Below, piece after piece: positions 60,171-64,000 of a stretch of 64,000 nt of DNA (positions within the stretch are counted from its first letter, which is position 1; each line of letters opens with the position of its first letter). The translations under genes and the position numbers were made by a program. Under the pieces are notes generated by a model that made no database searches, was not told the DNA's origin, and saw only the letters and a list, made by a program, of their open reading frames with translations. The DNA is taken from assembly GCA_029261055.1 (NCBI GenBank), contig JAJDCA010000068.1:5275-69274 (forward strand). The letters are read 5' to 3'. Source of the stretch: Candidatus Omnitrophota bacterium. Its GTDB lineage: Bacteria; Omnitrophota; Gorgyraeia; Zapsychrales; Zapsychraceae.

Positions 60171-61177
60171 TTTTTTGCCCCCCAAAATCCTGTTAAATAT
60201 CTCTTTTCCATTTTTTCCTTTAATGGTCGCCACCAATCTTCATGAGCCTGATACCATTCAACCGTTTCCTTTAACCCTTCTGGCAAATCATATTTCGATT
60301 GCCATCCAATAGATTTCAATTTTGAACAGTCCAAACTATAACGAAAATCATGCCCGGGCCTATCCTGAACAAAAGATATAAATGATTCGTCCTTATTCAT
60401 TAATTTCAAAATTCTCCGCGTTAGATCAATATTTGTATACTCCTGATCTGCCGCGATATTATATACTTCTCCATTAACCCCACGATCAATCAAATGATAA
60501 ATCGCACTACAATGATCTTCCACATGAAGCCAATCACGAATTTGTTTTCCCTCACCAAAAATGGGCACCTTATGACCGTCGATCAAATTGGTAATAAACA
60601 ACGGGATAACTTTTTCAGGATAAGCTTGAGGTCCATATGTGTTGGCCGCACGTGTTATAATCGCAGGCAGATGATACGTTGAAAAAAAACTGTATGCCAA
60701 ACGATCCCCACCTAATTTTGCGGCTGAATAAGGATTACGAGGCTTTAACTCCGAAGACTCCGTGAAGCTCCCCTCCATAATTTGTCCATAAACTTCATCC
60801 GTAGATACCTGAATAAATCTCTTTAACTTTTTCTGTTTTCGAGATTCTTCCAATAAAACATATGCACCAATCACATCTGTCTGTAAAAACCCATAAGAAC
60901 TCTCAATAGATCTATCCACCGCAGCCTCGGCAGCAAAATTAATTACGACATCAACACCACCCATAACTTTCTTAACAAGAGCTTGATCGCAAATGTCCCC
61001 CTTTATAAATTCAAAATTATCCCGCCCTTCAAATTCTTTCAAATTTTTAAGGTTAGAAGAATACGTCAACTTATCCAAAACTCGTATTTCTGCACCGTCC
61101 TCCCTCTCATAAAGATATCGCACAAAATGACTTCCTATAAAACCTGCCCCACCTGTGATTAAATATGTCTTTTTCAT
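60167..61177 (-). CDS. rmlB: dTDP-glucose 4,6-dehydratase
   Basis: TGGAGFIGSHF, LDKLTY, VSTDEVYG, PYSAAK and DRPGHDFRY. Confidence 0.93.
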   Translation of the reverse strand: MKKTYLITGGAGFIGSHFVRYLYEREDGAEIRVLDKLTYSSNLKNLKEFEGRDNFEFIKGDICDQALVKKVMGGVDVVINFAAEAAVDRSIESSYGFLQTDVIGAYVLLEESRKQKKLKRFIQVSTDEVYGQIMEGSFTESSELKPRNPYSAAKLGGDRLAYSFFSTYHLPAIITRAANTYGPQAYPEKVIPLFITNLIDGHKVPIFGEGKQIRDWLHVEDHCSAIYHLIDRGVNGEVYNIAADQEYTNIDLTRRILKLMNKDESFISFVQDRPGHDFRYSLDCSKLKSIGWQSKYDLPEGLKETVEWYQAHEDWWRPLKEKMEKRYLTGFWGAKK

Positions 61178-62964
61178 TGCAATCCTCTTTCAGCATTTTT
61201 TGGTTTTAAACCACGGCAATAAGCCAACGTCATCCCATAGATTGTCCAGATTGGAATAGCTGTGTATGGCAGTTCAAAAATAAGTAAAAAATTTGCCGCA
61301 ACAAACCAATTAATAATAATGCCACAAAGAAGAATTCCCGTTACTGATTTTGCTTGAATAGATTGACGTACCATCCTTACTAATACCCATAAAATTATCA
61401 AAATAAACCCCAGCCCAACAACCCCCATCCGATAAATAATATGCAAATAAGAATTATGCGCCCCAACCCATCCATCGCGCCCCCACTCGCTTTCCCCCCA
61501 GTTAAGAATTTCTAAACTAATAGAACGAAGTGGTTTGCCAAAATCAAACCCAAAAATTGGCCTTTCTCGAAAAAATTCAACAAGCATATCTCTCCAAATC
61601 AAAAGTCGAAAAACAGAATTATTATTACCGACCCAGCCTTTTCCTTTTTTCCTCACCTGCATCTTTTCTATTTCTTCGTCAACAAAAACCGATTCAACCA
61701 ATTCAATAGAAATGTCTTCTATACCTTGAATGTCTAATTTAACAAGTGCCTCATGTATTTCATCCTTCGCCTGTTCAGCAGAAGCTTCCGAAACTTTATC
61801 TTCAACAAGAAATTTTCGTATTTTATTTCTCACATCCTCAACAGAAACTTCGGACACCTCCTTCTCAACAAAAACTTCCTCTACCTTATCGCTCATCTCC
61901 TCAACAAAAATTTCCGGAACTTCCTTCCCAATGAAAACCTCCTCTACTTTATCGCTCACCTGCTCAACAGGAAATCTCAGTTTCTCTTTCTCTCTTTTAA
62001 CAGATACTTGTTTTTTTTCTTCAATTTTCTTGCTAAGAACATCTTGCAGTTCTTTCTTAATCTGATCAACAACTTTTTTCTTTATCTCTTTATTTGCCCC
62101 TATATTAGGATTATACAATTCAACTTTTTTATACTCTTTCATTTTATAAAATTTTGCATCCGCCTGCACTTTTTTATCATAAAAACGAAACACCTCAGAC
62201 ATATTTTTAACATCGACAATAGATTTCAAAGAATTATGATCTGCAAAATAAAATATTCCAAGAACAACAAAAAAAACTCCCGCTAGTGCTAACAAACGTC
62301 TGATTTTTTTTGTAAAACCTAAAACCACAGGAAGAATTGTAACTAAATATACTCCTGATATAAAATTACTAACGATCATCATTCTAGCTGTCTGGAAAAA
62401 TGTCGTATAAGGAGCACAAATGACAATCAAAGAAAATATAATCCATCTTATTATTCCGGGAGGATAAGATTTAGCTAAAACACATCCTAAGGTCAACAAT
62501 GTTAATAAAAAATAAGCATTAAAAGCCCGCGTAACTAATAAAAAAATAATTGCCACCACCAAAAAAATGCATTCCTTTTTATCAAAAATCTCTCTTCGAT
62601 AAAAAGAAAACCCCAAAATAGCAAAAGCAGGATAATATAATAACGCTGCATTACGAAAAGCTAATGGTCCCCATTCTAAATATCCCCAAAAAGTCTTCCC
62701 AATGACAAAAATAAAATACCCAACCAATAAATATTGCGAAAAACGAAAAACCCATTGACTAGCGTTATTATATTTTATGAAAAACAATACCAAACACAAA
62801 AAAAGTAATAATTCACCAATAAAAATAGGAAAGTCTAAAAAAGGAAGCTGAATGTGTAGTTCTGCGAAAGGGCTAACCCATATAACATACCCTAAAGAAA
62901 TCAGGCCTATAAACATTAACCCAATATAATCTATAAATCGATTTTTATTTTTCAAGGTGTTCAT
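61174..62964 (-). CDS. O-antigen ligase family protein with acidic repeat insertion
   Basis: Multi-TM; FRLLIW, PIFG and HNSYLHIIYRMGVVG; 21-aa repeats in the large loop. Confidence 0.75.
   Translation of the reverse strand: MNTLKNKNRFIDYIGLMFIGLISLGYVIWVSPFAELHIQLPFLDFPIFIGELLLFLCLVLFFIKYNNASQWVFRFSQYLLVGYFIFVIGKTFWGYLEWGPLAFRNAALLYYPAFAILGFSFYRREIFDKKECIFLVVAIIFLLVTRAFNAYFLLTLLTLGCVLAKSYPPGIIRWIIFSLIVICAPYTTFFQTARMMIVSNFISGVYLVTILPVVLGFTKKIRRLLALAGVFFVVLGIFYFADHNSLKSIVDVKNMSEVFRFYDKKVQADAKFYKMKEYKKVELYNPNIGANKEIKKKVVDQIKKELQDVLSKKIEEKKQVSVKREKEKLRFPVEQVSDKVEEVFIGKEVPEIFVEEMSDKVEEVFVEKEVSEVSVEDVRNKIRKFLVEDKVSEASAEQAKDEIHEALVKLDIQGIEDISIELVESVFVDEEIEKMQVRKKGKGWVGNNNSVFRLLIWRDMLVEFFRERPIFGFDFGKPLRSISLEILNWGESEWGRDGWVGAHNSYLHIIYRMGVVGLGFILIILWVLVRMVRQSIQAKSVTGILLCGIIINWFVAANFLLIFELPYTAIPIWTIYGMTLAYCRGLKPKNAERGLQ
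61745..61972 (-). repeat. Coding 63-bp tandem repeat (about 3.5 degenerate copies)
   Basis: aaaacttcctctaccttatcgctcatc at 61871 and aaaacctcctctactttatcgctcacc at 61934 (63 bp apart). Confidence 0.75.
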
Positions 62965-63153
62965 TTAGTAATATTTATACTCTAATTAGGTTATAAATTG
63001 GACATTTTTGAGATACAAGAGCCATAGTTTGTAACCTAAATCAAGGGAATGAACCCCAAGGTAAGCCCTGGACCCTATCAGCCATTGGGGTATTAAACCC
63101 GTTTGGAATTTCGTTAAAACATCGAAATTCCTAAATAAAGTATAATTGAAAAA

Positions 63154-63954
63154 TCAATCTATTCGGCCAACCAAACAGGACATCTGCTTTTTTATTTGAA
63201 TAGAATTAGGTATCATCTCTTTTATTTTGACCTCAATTTCCTTAATTTTATCATCGGAGAAACCTTTGGTACTTTGTCTCCAAAGCAATGTTGATTTATA
63301 ATATTCACTAAAACTTTCAATATCAGGAAAATTCATAACACTATCAATCTCTTCATATTCCACTAATTCTTTAGTAAATATTTTTTCAAATAAAGGTTTA
63401 AACTCATTAGCAATACGTTCAATACGTTTAATATGTTCTTCATCTGGATTTTTTCCTGTTAAAGAATAATTAAACTCATTAAGATCTTTGGTATTCTCAG
63501 GGCCAGGACCGATGACAATAAGAGCCCCTCCTGGAGCTAGTTGATTCTTGAGAACTTGCATCAACTTTAGACTATCTTCCGTATAATATAAAGAATAAAT
63601 AGAGAAAATCCATTTATAGGACATCCCTGTATCTGGAAGTGGATCATCAAAATCATGAATCATAAACTGAACATTCTTTTTTGGAAGCTCTTTATATTTT
63701 CCTTGGGCTTCCTTAATAAGGTCAGAGTTCTTATCCATTCCTAAAATGCTGCCGGAAGGTTTCACAAGCTCCCAGAAAAAACCTGTAAAATTCCCATTCC
63801 CGCATCCTAAATCCCATAATCTATCTCCCTCCTGGATTCTAAATCGCTCTTTTATCCACTCATGAAGATTAAAGTTGCTATACTTCGCATGCGCAGAAAT
63901 TCTTGAATTTAATGCCTGTTTTGGCTCTTCATAAGAGTACGCTTTGTTAACCAT
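63154..63954 (-). CDS. Class I SAM-dependent methyltransferase
   Basis: LWDLGCGNG; start set at MVNKAY after an AAGGAG RBS. Confidence 0.85.
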   Translation of the reverse strand: MVNKAYSYEEPKQALNSRISAHAKYSNFNLHEWIKERFRIQEGDRLWDLGCGNGNFTGFFWELVKPSGSILGMDKNSDLIKEAQGKYKELPKKNVQFMIHDFDDPLPDTGMSYKWIFSIYSLYYTEDSLKLMQVLKNQLAPGGALIVIGPGPENTKDLNEFNYSLTGKNPDEEHIKRIERIANEFKPLFEKIFTKELVEYEEIDSVMNFPDIESFSEYYKSTLLWRQSTKGFSDDKIKEIEVKIKEMIPNSIQIKKQMSCLVGRID

Positions 63955-64000
63955 AATTTTTCTCCTTAAGTTTACTATTGCGAAAATCGTCATATCCAAC

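Overview
AT-rich bacterial chromosomal window, almost entirely minus-strand coded. The giant-protein architecture suggests Candidatus Omnitrophota (inference). Left part (1-11.2 kb): purine operon purB-purC-purL-LOG-purQ-[MNT-HEPN]-purM-purD-purE, followed by a TsaC/Sua5-LMW-phosphatase fusion. Right part (38-64 kb): secG-tpiA-pgk and a large surface-glycan cluster (rmlA/B, fcl, WcaJ- and TagA-type transferases, GT2/GT4/GT-C, two O-antigen-ligase-like proteins, B12 radical SAM, methyltransferases). Between them (11.4-38.1 kb) lies an accessory island centred on a 22.4-kb, 7482-aa gene. Its product has a signal peptide, an HEXXH plus VWA module, a tandem MoxR-like AAA module and about eight WD40-like propeller blocks with coiled coils. 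A D-x-(A/S)-M motif occurs seven times, mostly at module junctions, suggesting a modular or processed polyprotein. Four orphan copies of this gene's 3' tail, differing mostly at silent positions, each sit immediately after a toxin-antitoxin operon (2x DUF4160/DUF2442, HicBA, Phd/VapC). This points to an array of giant-gene slots and TA cassettes that is gained or lost by recombination. Several small palindromic elements are inserted in frame in purL, the giant gene and fcl. Family assignments come from motif recognition only; no database search was run.
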